Below are positions 29,797-39,108 of a stretch of 64,000 bases of DNA, in pieces. The notes below the pieces were generated by a model, which ran no database searches, was not told where the DNA came from, and was given only the letters and a program-made list of their open reading frames with translations. The translations under genes and the position numbers were made by a program. Source of the stretch: Gemmatimonadota bacterium (lineage in GTDB: Bacteria > Gemmatimonadota > Gemmatimonadetes > Longimicrobiales > Gaopeijiaceae); the NCBI GenBank assembly GCA_039589315.1, contig JBDHHQ010000017.1, forward strand, positions 32,001 to 96,000, given 5' to 3'. Position 1 is the stretch's first letter. Each line of letters starts with the position of its first letter.

Positions 29797-31675
29797 GCGC
29801 GACCGCGACGGAGGATCTCACCCGCCTCAGCATCAACGACGATGCGCGTGCGATGCTGCTGCGCGCCCGGGCCGAGGGCATTGAGACCGTTTGGGACCGG
29901 CTCGCGGCGCAGCAGCCACAATGTGGCTATTGCACGTTGGGCCTGAGCTGTCGGAACTGCGCCATGGGCCCCTGCCGCATCGACCCCTTCGGCGACGGTC
30001 CCCAAAAGGGCGTGTGCGGGGCAGACGCCGACGTCATCGTCGCACGAAACTTGGGACGGACCATCGCCGCCGGGGCTGCCTCGCATTCCGACCACGGCCG
30101 GGACGTTTTGGAGGTGTTCTTTCAGACGGCCCTGGGCGAGACCACGGGCTACGAGTTCCGCGACGAAGAGAAGCTGATGGCGCTGGCGGCCGAGCTCGGC
30201 GTCGACACGAACGGTCGGCCGGTGGCGGACGTGGCGCAGGGTCTCGCGGATGCCCTGATGGAGGACTTCGGCACCCGTAAGGCAGGTCTCGGCTTCCTGG
30301 CCCGGGTTCCCGAGCCGCGGGCCGACCTGTGGTCCAAGCTGGGCGTCACCCCCCGGGGCATCGATCGGGAAAACGTCGAGATGCTCCACCGCACCCACAT
30401 GGGCGTGGACAACGACTACGTGAACATCCTGCTCCATGCCCTCAGGACCGGCCTCTCGGACGGGTGGGGTGGATCCATGATCGCCACCGAGCTGTCCGAC
30501 GTGATGTTCGGGACGCCCCAGCCCGTGATGTCTCAGGTCAACCTCGGCGTGCTCAAGGAGGACCACGTCAACATCGCGCTGCACGGGCACAATCCTCTGC
30601 TCTCCGACGTGGTCGTCCAGGCGTCGAACGATCCCGAGCTCGTGGCCCTGGCAAAGGAGAAGGGCGCCCTTGGGATCAACCTCGTGGGCCTGTGCTGCAC
30701 GGGGAACGAGCTCCAGATGCGCAAGGGGATCCCCATGGCGGGGAATCACCTGATCCAGGAGCTGGTCATCATGACGGGCGCCTTGGAAGCCATGGTCGTG
30801 GACTATCAGTGCATCATGCCGGCGGTGACCGACATCGCCAACTGCTTCCATACGCAGGTGATCTCCACGGCCGACAAGGCCAAGTTCCCCGGCGCGACCC
30901 ACATCTCGTTCGATCCCCATCGGGGCCTGGAGATCGCCAAGGAGATCGTGGGGCTGGGAATCGAAGCGTTCGGGAGCCGGAACCCGGATCGGGTCCGCAT
31001 CCCGGGTGAGCCGGTGCCGATGATGGCGGGCTTCTCTGTGGAGGCGATCCTGAGCGCCCTGGGTGGCACTCCCGAGCCCCTCGTCCAGGCCATCAAGGAC
31101 GGGTCGATACGCGGAGCGGTCGCCGTGGTCGGCTGCAACAACCCCAAGATCCCTCAGGATCACGGGCACGTGACCCTCACCCGACGGCTGATCGAGAACG
31201 ACATCCTGGTGCTGGTCACCGGCTGCTCGGCCGTGGCAAACGGCAAAGCCGGCCAAAGGCTCTGGGCCTTCCGCCGGTGCTGCACATGGGCTCGTGCGTG
31301 GACAACACGCGCATCCTGGTGCTGGCGGCGGCGCTGGCCAAGCACCTGGGCGTCGATATCAGTGACTTGCCGCTCGCCGGCGCCGCGCCGGAGTGGTACT
31401 CGGAGAAAGCGGTTGCCATCGGTGCCTACGTCGTCGCCAGCGGCATCTACACGGTGCTGGGCGTGCAGCCGCCGATCTTCGGCAGCCAGAACGTGGTTCA
31501 ACTGTTGGCGGAAGGCCTGGACGATGTCGTGGGTGCCAAGTTCGCGGTCGAGGCCGACCCCGAGCAGGCCGCGATCCTGATCCGCCGCCACATCGAGAGC
31601 AAGCGGAAGGCGCTCGGCCTGCCCCACCTGGAGCCCGAGAGCGTCCAACTCGAAGAGCCTGTGGTCGGGGTCTGA
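29793..31675 (+). pseudogene. cooS: Anaerobic Ni,Fe carbon monoxide dehydrogenase catalytic subunit, split by a frameshifting deletion near 31254 in this sequence
   Basis: CGYC...CRNCAMGPC...GVCG (D/B clusters), HSDHG, HGHNP, GLCCTGNE, DYQC, GCNN, TGCS in the frame from 29793; PPVLHMGSCVDN and WYSEKA continue in a second frame to TGA 31675. Confidence 0.93.
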
Positions 31676-31683
31676 GGAACGGG

Positions 31684-31698
31684 ACCGTGCGGCACGGT
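31684..31698. other. Intercistronic inverted repeat between cooS and cooC
   Basis: ACCGTGC-G-GCACGGT; no U-tract. Confidence 0.55.
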
Positions 31699-31733
31699 GC
31701 CGGAGCGCAGCCCTCGGGAAAGGGAGGCGGAGG

Positions 31734-32633
31734 GTGAACGAGGACCAGAAGGCGTACCGACGCCGAGTTCTGGACACGGCGAAGACCGTGCGGGACAGCT
31801 CGTCCCTCGAGTCGGGCCCGGAGCACGAGTTCCGCGTGGTCGTCACTGGCAAGGGCGGTGTGGGCAAGACGAGCCTGACGGCGATCCTCTCCCGCCTCCT
31901 CGCTCGGGACGGGTACACCGTCCTGGCGCTGGATGCCGACCCTCAGATGAACCTGCCGTACGCCCTGGGTCTTCCGCCGTCGGAGGCCGGGGCCATCGTT
32001 CCGCTGAGCGAGAACGCGGACTACGTGGAAGAGAAGACAGGGGCCCGCCCCGGCTCGGGGTGGGGACTGTTCTTCCGGCTGAACCCGGACGTGCACGACG
32101 TGGTGGAGCGCTTCGGAGTGGTGGGGCCCGATCAGGTCCGCCTCCTGGTCATGGGCACGTTGACTCAGCCGGCGGCGGGGTGCCTCTGTCCCGAGAACTC
32201 GCTGCTTGCGGCGGTGGTGGGGGCCGTCGGCCTTCGCGAACGCGAAGTGATCCTCATGGACACCCAGGCGGGCGTGGAGCACTTCGGACGGGCCCTTGCA
32301 AAGGGCTTCCGTCACGCCGTAATCCTGACCGACCCCACCTTCAACGCAGTCCAGGTCGCGCTGGGCACCGCCAGGTTGGCCCGGGATCTGGGCATTCCCC
32401 ACGTCCACCTGGCGGTGAACCGCGTGCGCCATCCCGCAGACCTGGACAAGGCCTGGGCCCGCATCGACGAGCAGGGCGGATTCTCGTTCGCGTCCAGCCA
32501 TGCTCTCCCGTATGACGAGCTCGTGCTGGAGACCGAGCCGGCCGTGACCCCGCTTCTGAACGGTGCCCGGTCTCCGTTCCTGAGGGCGGTGGAAGGGCTG
32601 CGTGATGCGCTGGTCCGCGTGGAGGGAGTATAG
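31734..32633 (+). CDS. cooC: CO dehydrogenase nickel-insertion ATPase
   Basis: Deviant Walker A GKGGVGKT, DADP, LNPDV, GCLC Ni-binding motif, DTQAGVEHFGR; GGAGG RBS before GTG. Confidence 0.93.
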   Translation: MNEDQKAYRRRVLDTAKTVRDSSSLESGPEHEFRVVVTGKGGVGKTSLTAILSRLLARDGYTVLALDADPQMNLPYALGLPPSEAGAIVPLSENADYVEEKTGARPGSGWGLFFRLNPDVHDVVERFGVVGPDQVRLLVMGTLTQPAAGCLCPENSLLAAVVGAVGLREREVILMDTQAGVEHFGRALAKGFRHAVILTDPTFNAVQVALGTARLARDLGIPHVHLAVNRVRHPADLDKAWARIDEQGGFSFASSHALPYDELVLETEPAVTPLLNGARSPFLRAVEGLRDALVRVEGV

Positions 32634-32637
32634 ACCG

Positions 32638-33867
32638 ATGCGAGTCGTGATCGTCGGTGCCGGACCCGCCGGTATCTCGGTGGCTGAAAGGCTACGGGAC
32701 CTCGACCATGATGCGGACATCACGTTGCTGTCCGCGGAGCCGTTTCCGCCCTACGCGCCTCCGGCCATGGCCGACCACTTCCTGAGCGGCAGGGACGAGA
32801 CGCTCTTCTGGAAGGGTCGGAGCATCGGGGACGACCTGAGGCTGGACTACCGGTCCGGGACCCGAGTGGCGAGTCTGTGGCCCGACCGGTCGCTGGTCGC
32901 CCTGGAGGATGGCGGCTCGCTGTCCTACGACCGGCTCGTCATCGCTTCCGGGAGCCGCCTGTACGCACCACTGCCGGGCTTCGACCTGCCTGGCGTCTGC
33001 AACTTCAAGTCCCTCACTGCCGCCAGGTCCCTGGTGGAGCAGGCCCGGACCCGTGAGATCGAAAGCGCCTTGATCGTGGGCGCTGGCTTCATCGGCGTCG
33101 AGGTGGCGCTCATGCTGAGCGACCTGGGCCTGCGGGTCATCCTGTTGGAGGAGCGGGACCGGGTCATGCCCCGGATGCTGGATGCGGAAACGGCGGAGAT
33201 CGTCCTGGCAGAGCTACGGGCACGGGGAGTGGACGTGCGGCTCGATACGCGCGCGGCAGCGTTCAGGGGGAGCAAGCGGGTCACCGCGGTGGAGCTGGCC
33301 GGGGGCGAAGTGATCCTCGCCGACGTCCATGTCGCCGCCACGGGCGTGCAGCCCGTGGTGGACTACCTCGACGGCTCGGAGATCGACGTCGGCTGGGGCG
33401 TGGTCGTGGACGATCGGCTTCGCACCACCGTGCGCCACGTCTACGCCGCCGGTGACGTGGCCGAGACGCGGGACCGGATGACGGGGGAGCGGTACGTGCA
33501 CGCGATCTTCCCGAACGCCGTCGCCCAGGGCAACGTCGTGGCCGAGAACCTGGCCGGATACGACTCCGTCTACGAAGGTGCCGAGAGCATGAACAGCCTC
33601 AAGCACATGGGGGTGCCGGTGATGGCGGTGGGCGCCCAGACCGGAGACGAGGAGCTGCGCGTGCGCCGGGGTGACCTCCTGAGGAAGATCTTCTTGAGCG
33701 ACGGTCGCATCGTAGGATTCCGCCTGGCAGGCGACATCCGAGGCGCGGGGACGCTGCGGTCACTCATGCTCCGGCGGACGCCCGTGGGACAGTTCGGATG
33801 GCGGCTCCTCGATCCTCGGTTCTCGGTCGGGGACCTCGTGCTGCGCGTGCCCACCGTGGCCGCCTAG
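32638..33867 (+). CDS. FAD-dependent NAD(P) oxidoreductase (FNOR-type CODH partner)
   Basis: GAGPAG (FAD), IASGS, GAGFIGVE (NAD), YAAGD; no redox-active Cys at the NADH-peroxidase position (PYAPP). Confidence 0.88.
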   Translation: MRVVIVGAGPAGISVAERLRDLDHDADITLLSAEPFPPYAPPAMADHFLSGRDETLFWKGRSIGDDLRLDYRSGTRVASLWPDRSLVALEDGGSLSYDRLVIASGSRLYAPLPGFDLPGVCNFKSLTAARSLVEQARTREIESALIVGAGFIGVEVALMLSDLGLRVILLEERDRVMPRMLDAETAEIVLAELRARGVDVRLDTRAAAFRGSKRVTAVELAGGEVILADVHVAATGVQPVVDYLDGSEIDVGWGVVVDDRLRTTVRHVYAAGDVAETRDRMTGERYVHAIFPNAVAQGNVVAENLAGYDSVYEGAESMNSLKHMGVPVMAVGAQTGDEELRVRRGDLLRKIFLSDGRIVGFRLAGDIRGAGTLRSLMLRRTPVGQFGWRLLDPRFSVGDLVLRVPTVAA

Positions 33868-34529
33868 CTGTCGCCGTTCAGCACCCGCGCCGCTCGCGTG
33901 GGGTTGAAGACGGAGCATACGCAGAAGCGGGCCAGCAGCCGCGCGGCCTCTTCGGCGGTGGCCCGCCCCGACTCGACCCGGTCGATCATCTTCCTGGCGA
34001 GCCCGTGGGAGATCATGCCATGGCCACACATGGTGCTGAGGCGTAGCGTCCGGTCATCGGGGAGCTTGTCCGTCCGACCCGAGAAGCCGAGGGAGTACTC
34101 GACGCTGTGGCGGCTCAGGGAGCAGGCTTCGCAGCACGCGGTGCCCGCTTCGGCGAGAGCGCTCAAGTTGACCGACAGCCCGAGGTCCTTGGCCACCAGC
34201 TCTCGAACGAACGCCTCCGCGGCCTCGCGCCGATCGAAGACGGCAGTGACCAGGCTCGGCTCGGACACGCCACGGATCACCGCCTCGGGATCGGGCGTCG
34301 TGTCTCTGGTCCAATGAACCAGCGGCGTGAGCCCTCGCCCAGGCTGATGCCATCCTCCCTTCTTGCCATCACCCAGGTTCACGGGTCCGTGCTGGAGTGA
34401 CAGCCGTAAGAACGTCCGCTGTAGCTCCACCGCGTCCTGGTCATTGAGTCCCCGAGCGGGCATGGCGAAGACGATGTAGTCGTCCCGGAGATCCTCCCGT
34501 TCGCCGAATCGGTGGAGCGAATGGGTCAT
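33864..34529 (-). CDS. Hypothetical protein with Cys/His motifs
   Basis: MTHSLHR, CCEAC, HSVEYSLG, STMCGHGM, FCVCSVFNP; ATGA-coupled to the upstream Fe-S gene. Confidence 0.8.
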   Translation of the reverse strand: MTHSLHRFGEREDLRDDYIVFAMPARGLNDQDAVELQRTFLRLSLQHGPVNLGDGKKGGWHQPGRGLTPLVHWTRDTTPDPEAVIRGVSEPSLVTAVFDRREAAEAFVRELVAKDLGLSVNLSALAEAGTACCEACSLSRHSVEYSLGFSGRTDKLPDDRTLRLSTMCGHGMISHGLARKMIDRVESGRATAEEAARLLARFCVCSVFNPTRAARVLNGDS

Positions 34530-35362
34530 GGCGACGCCCCCGCGCGGGCTTCGGCCAGTGGGGCATCGAGGGCCCGGCCGAGTCCCAGGTTGGTCTTCGC
34601 CCGGACGACGGGCCGGTTCGCTTCCGCGAGGATCCGGTCCAGCTCCGTGTGGCCGGCGTCGTCACAGCGGGCGTACACACCTATGGCCATCACGGTGTCG
34701 ATCCGCTCCGCGACCCGGTCCAGGGCGTCGAGGATCGCCGAGACCCGGGACGGCTCGCTCCGGAACTCCACAATGGCCGACATGACCCGCTCTCCCAACA
34801 CGTCAGGATCCAGCGTGCCCGCTTCTCGATCGCTCATCAAGTGCGTGATGGGGTTGGCCTCTTCGAAGGCAAGGCCCATCTGCGCCAGGGCGCGCGTGAC
34901 CTGCTCGATGTCACGGAACCACGCGCCCACGCCCGGACGGCCCAGCTCGACAGTAAACCCCACGTCGCCGACCTCGACGCGCCCCGTCACGTCGTTCGTC
35001 TTCACTTCTTCCGTGCCGCGGCCCAGGATGCCGGTGCTCTCATGGGTGGCCTGGACGTCGGAGAAGGCGCGGCGAACCGTGCGGGGCCAGGTGAGCTCTT
35101 CGGGTACGATGGCCGAAGTGGGACAGACGTCGGGCTCGGGGTCGAAGCGAAGACGGAGCGCACCGAGCAGGCGACGGGTCGCGCGCAGGAGGGTCGGGCT
35201 CAGGTTCTCCGTGCTCATGCCGCGGTAGCACGTAAAGCACTCCACGCACTGGTCGCGGTCGACCACGGCGCGCCGAACGCCGGGATCGATGCGGATGGCG
35301 CCCATGGGGCAGACGGCCACGCAGTTCCCGCAGGCCACGCACTTCTTCGGGTCGACTCGCAT
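34526..35362 (-). CDS. 2x[4Fe-4S] ferredoxin domain fused to an uncharacterised domain
   Basis: CVACGNCVAVCP and CVECFTC-(about 34 aa insert)-CP; downstream GRGTEEVKTNDVTGR, ELGRPGVG, NP, SAIVEF. Confidence 0.85.
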   Translation of the reverse strand: MRVDPKKCVACGNCVAVCPMGAIRIDPGVRRAVVDRDQCVECFTCYRGMSTENLSPTLLRATRRLLGALRLRFDPEPDVCPTSAIVPEELTWPRTVRRAFSDVQATHESTGILGRGTEEVKTNDVTGRVEVGDVGFTVELGRPGVGAWFRDIEQVTRALAQMGLAFEEANPITHLMSDREAGTLDPDVLGERVMSAIVEFRSEPSRVSAILDALDRVAERIDTVMAIGVYARCDDAGHTELDRILAEANRPVVRAKTNLGLGRALDAPLAEARAGASP

Positions 35363-35622
35363 ACGCTCGGGGTCCGGGGCGTTGGGCGCTCGGAGGCGCC
35401 ACCCAGCCGGGTAAGCCACCACGCTCCGTAAGGAAAGGATCGGCGCCGTCGGGCGCATCTGCTGTCCGGCGTCTTCACCCGTTTCGAGTGGGGAGAAACC
35501 CGCCTCGGCGCCGGTCACGACTCGGGACGCCGCCTCTGGGTGCGACCTTGCCAACCGCGCAGTCCCAGCCCACGCTGCTCTCCGGTTCTCGCACGCTGCC
35601 CTCCGCGACCGGAAGAAGCACG

Positions 35623-37149
35623 GTGTCGATCCAGGCGCTCGCCGCTCCCCTACGCCTGTCCTGGGCGTTCGCCCTGACCCCGGGATTGCTGGCCTGTGCG
35701 CCCCCCGCTCCCAGCGACGCCGTCCTCTTCGACGACGCGAGCGTCATCGACGGCTCCGGCGCGGCCGCACGCACCACAGACGTCCGGATCCGGGGCGACC
35801 GCATCGTAGATGTGGGAGACCTGGAGCCCACCTCGGCCGATTCGGTGATCGAGGCGGCCGGCCTGGCGCTCGCACCCGGCTTCATCGACACCCACAGTCA
35901 CCACGACAGAGGGCTCCTGGAGACACCCGGCGCGCTCGCGGCGGTCAGCCAGGGCGTCACTACGGTGGTGGTGGGGCAGGACGGCGGGTCTCCTCTGCCG
36001 CTGGGTGACTTCTTCCTGGACCTCGAGGCCAGCCCGGCGGCGGTCAACGTTGCCGCGTACGCCGGCCACAACTCGATCCGGTCCCTGGTGATGGGGGAGG
36101 ACTTCAGGCGCGAGGCGACCGCCGAGGAGGTGGCGGCCATGCGCGCGGTCCTGGCAGAGGAGCTGGAGGCGGGAGCGCTCGGGCTCTCCACCGGCCTCGA
36201 GTACGATCCCGGGATCTACTCGTCCACCGACGAGGTCATTCGTCTGGCCCGGGACGCGGCAGCCGTCGGGGGGCGATACATCAGCCATATGCGCAGCGAG
36301 GACCGTGCGTTCTTCGAGGCGCTGGACGAGCTGATCGAGATCGGCCGTGCCACCGGCATGCCGGTCCAGGTGTCGCACATGAAGCTCGCCATGAGGAGCC
36401 TCTGGGGACGTGCCGACGAGGCTCTGGCACGGCTGGACGCCGCCCGGGCCGAGGGCATCGACGTCACGGCCGACGTCTACCCCTACGAGTTCTGGCAGTC
36501 GACCATGACGGTCCTCTTTCCGGGGCGGTCCTACACTCGTGAGGCGGCCAGCTTCGCCCTGGCCGAGCTGGCTCCCCCCGACGGAATGCTCATCGCTCGC
36601 TTCGAGCCCGAGCCGGCGTATGTGGGCCGGACGCTGGCCGACATCGCCGAGTCCCTCGGCGAGGACCCGGTAACGGTCTACCTGGAGCTGATCGAGCGCG
36701 CCCAGGCCATGGAGGGAGACGAGAGCATCATCGCACGAAGCATGACGCCGGATGACATTGGCGCCCTGCTGGCCTGGCCTCACACCAACGTGTCCAGCGA
36801 CGGCAGCCTGGCCGGCCGCCATCCCCGGGGGTTCGGCGCCTTCACGCGCGTCTTTCGAGAACACGTCCGGGGGCGCGGAGACCTGGAGCTGGAGGAGGCC
36901 GTCTACAAGATGACCGGTCTGGCCGCCGACCACATGGGGATCTCCGACCGCGGCGCCATCCGGGTGGGCGCGTTCGCCGACCTGGTGCTCTTCGACCCGA
37001 TCACCGTGGGCGACCGGGCCACGCCCGAGGAGCCCACCGCCACCTCGGAAGGCGTCCTGGGCGTGTGGGTGAACGGGCAGCACGTGTATGGCCACGACGG
37101 GGTCGGGGACCGTCGGCCCGGCCGCGTGATCCGCCGGGGTGGGGGCTGA
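35623..37149 (+). CDS. N-acyl-D-amino-acid deacylase (amidohydrolase), probable lipoprotein
   Basis: PGFIDTHSH, QGVTT, GLSTGLEY, SHMRSE, SHMK, SDG, HPRGFG, ADLVLFD; lipobox LLAC. Start uncertain. Confidence 0.9.
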   Translation: MSIQALAAPLRLSWAFALTPGLLACAPPAPSDAVLFDDASVIDGSGAAARTTDVRIRGDRIVDVGDLEPTSADSVIEAAGLALAPGFIDTHSHHDRGLLETPGALAAVSQGVTTVVVGQDGGSPLPLGDFFLDLEASPAAVNVAAYAGHNSIRSLVMGEDFRREATAEEVAAMRAVLAEELEAGALGLSTGLEYDPGIYSSTDEVIRLARDAAAVGGRYISHMRSEDRAFFEALDELIEIGRATGMPVQVSHMKLAMRSLWGRADEALARLDAARAEGIDVTADVYPYEFWQSTMTVLFPGRSYTREAASFALAELAPPDGMLIARFEPEPAYVGRTLADIAESLGEDPVTVYLELIERAQAMEGDESIIARSMTPDDIGALLAWPHTNVSSDGSLAGRHPRGFGAFTRVFREHVRGRGDLELEEAVYKMTGLAADHMGISDRGAIRVGAFADLVLFDPITVGDRATPEEPTATSEGVLGVWVNGQHVYGHDGVGDRRPGRVIRRGGG

Positions 37150-37253
37150 CCGGCGCGTTCGTGCGCGCCGCCCTCGACGTGGCGTGCGGCTCGGCTGGCT
37201 CCCGCGACCCGGGAGTCCTTCGGTCAAAGGGAAAACGAGAACGGGAGACCGCG

Positions 37254-38219
37254 ATGAAGCGCCGAGAGTTCGTGCGAGCCAGTCTCGCGGCGGGGGCCGC
37301 CTCGGTGATGGCTCCCAGGGATGGGGCGGCGGACGTGACCAAGCCACATGAGGTAGGGCTGACCGCCGCGAGGGGATCTCGGGCGACCGCACGGCAGGCC
37401 CCCGAGCCGTTCCATCTGGATTATGCCCCCCACTTCGGCATGTTCAGGGCCCACGCAGGGGATGACCCCATCGGCGAGCTCCAGTTCATGGCCGATCAGG
37501 GGTTCCGGTCTCTGGAGGACAACGAGATGGCGCGGCGCCCCGAGGCCCAGCAGCGGCGGATCGCCGCCGAGATGCGCCGCCTCGGGCTGCGCATGGGGGT
37601 GTTCGTCGCTCACACGATACACTGGACCGAGGCCAACCTGGCATCGGACGACGCAGGGAAGCGGGCCGAGTTCCTGGAGGAGATCAGAGCGGCGGTGGAG
37701 GTGGCCAACCGGGTCGAGGCCACCTGGATGACCGTCGTGCCCGGTCACGCGGATCTGGCTCTCCACCCCGACTACCAGACGGCGAACGTGGTGGAGGCCC
37801 TCAAGCAGGCGTCAGCGGTGCTCGAGCCTCACGGTCTGATCATGGTCCTGGAGCCCCTGAACCCTCGGGATCATCCGGGCATGTTCCTGACGAGGATCCC
37901 CCAGGCCTACCAGATCTGTCAGGCGGTGGACAGCCCCGCGTGCAAGATTCTGGATGATCTCTACCATCAGCAGATCACCGAGGGGAACCTGATCCCCAAC
38001 ATGGATGCCGCCTGGGAGGAGATCGCGTACTTCCAGATCGGCGACAACCCGGGCCGGAAAGAGCCCACCACGGGCGAGATCAACTACGCCAACGTCTTCG
38101 CGCACATCCGGCAGAAGGGATTCGACGGCATCCTCGGGATGGAGCACGGAAACTCTCAGGAGGGAGCCCGTGGCGAGGTCGCCGTGATCGAGGCGTACCG
38201 GAGCGTGGATCCGGGCTGA
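37254..38219 (+). CDS. Tat-exported hydroxypyruvate-isomerase-family TIM barrel
   Basis: MKRREFV Tat motif; LEPLN, DLYHQQITEGN, QIGDNPGRKEPTTGEINY, GMEH. Confidence 0.9.
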   Translation: MKRREFVRASLAAGAASVMAPRDGAADVTKPHEVGLTAARGSRATARQAPEPFHLDYAPHFGMFRAHAGDDPIGELQFMADQGFRSLEDNEMARRPEAQQRRIAAEMRRLGLRMGVFVAHTIHWTEANLASDDAGKRAEFLEEIRAAVEVANRVEATWMTVVPGHADLALHPDYQTANVVEALKQASAVLEPHGLIMVLEPLNPRDHPGMFLTRIPQAYQICQAVDSPACKILDDLYHQQITEGNLIPNMDAAWEEIAYFQIGDNPGRKEPTTGEINYANVFAHIRQKGFDGILGMEHGNSQEGARGEVAVIEAYRSVDPG

Positions 38220-38376
38220 TCTGCTTCCCGGAACGCTGGCGGGGCGTCCCGACAGGCCACGGGACGCCCCACCGCCCTCACGCTCGCGCTCTCCGGTCGG
38301 ATCCGTGATGCCCCTTCGCTCGGTGCGCTTCCGCTTCGAGCCGGCAGGCGTATCCCTCGAGCGCCGGACGCTCGAC

Positions 38377-39108
38377 TCACCCACCCGGCGGCGGAATCGC
38401 CTCCCACAGGACGTCGTCGTGGGCCATGATCATGTCGTAGATGGGGTGATCGAGAGGGACGGCCTCGAACAGTCTGGCGTTGAAGTCGTCGATGGCGTCC
38501 CACTCATCGAAGAGCGTGACCATCTTCCAGTTGAAACGGCCGCCCGTGTTGTGCTCCTCCTCCACCCAGCCCGTGAGCAGTCCGTCGGTCCGGCCCTGCT
38601 CGAGCAAGGGCTTGAAAGTCTCGTCCCACATCTGGTTCCACTCTTCGAGATCGGCGAAGTTCACCTGGAAAACGGCGTCGTAGAAGTAGCGGCCGCCGCC
38701 GCCTTCCTGGACGTTGAGCTCACCGATGTTCCAGATCTCGTCGGTGTGGGCCTGGATCAGCCGGTTCGTCCGCTCGAATCGCTCCGGGGAACGCGCCGCA
38801 AGGCGGGCGAGATACTCGTCCCAGAATGCGGAGAAGTCCGTCGTCTCGTCGCCCCGGATCGCCTGACGGATGTTGTGCTCGCCGCCGGTGTGGTGCATGT
38901 AGGCTCCGAAGCCGGTGATGACTCCTTCGTCCACCAGCTCCTGCAGGACAGGCACCGACTCCTGGTTGAAGAGGTCGATCCACTCTGCCAGGTCTCCGTA
39001 GCCGATCTTGTAATAGGCCACGTAGACCCGACCCGCGGGGTCCTCCTGCGCGAGCGTGGGCGACGCCGCCAGAGCCAGGCCAACGAGGCCGAGAATCAAT
39101 CGTTGCAT
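38377..39108 (-). CDS. Exported hypothetical protein made of two homologous halves (dimeric alpha/beta barrel-like)
   Basis: Signal peptide ASPTLA-Q; both halves contain DL-EW...P-L...G--TG...H-TGG...AH-D--W; GGAGG RBS. Confidence 0.8.
   Translation of the reverse strand: MQRLILGLVGLALAASPTLAQEDPAGRVYVAYYKIGYGDLAEWIDLFNQESVPVLQELVDEGVITGFGAYMHHTGGEHNIRQAIRGDETTDFSAFWDEYLARLAARSPERFERTNRLIQAHTDEIWNIGELNVQEGGGGRYFYDAVFQVNFADLEEWNQMWDETFKPLLEQGRTDGLLTGWVEEEHNTGGRFNWKMVTLFDEWDAIDDFNARLFEAVPLDHPIYDMIMAHDDVLWEAIPPPGG

Noticed and set aside
31254..31260. Programmed ribosomal frameshift in cooS at CAAAGG
   Set aside because: There is no canonical slippery heptamer, and conserved coding sequence is missing, so recoding could not give a full-length enzyme.
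28890..35620. CODH region as a discrete mobile element or genomic island
   Set aside because: No integrase, transposase, tRNA or flanking direct repeats were seen, and composition looks host-like. An ancient transfer is possible but not demonstrable here.
35650..37392. Long antisense ORFs (this one, and e.g. 4037-5575, 29514-31256, 40729-42270, 50718-52364)
   Set aside because: These are typical stop-poor shadows of high-GC coding strands. They have no motifs and fully overlap well-supported genes.
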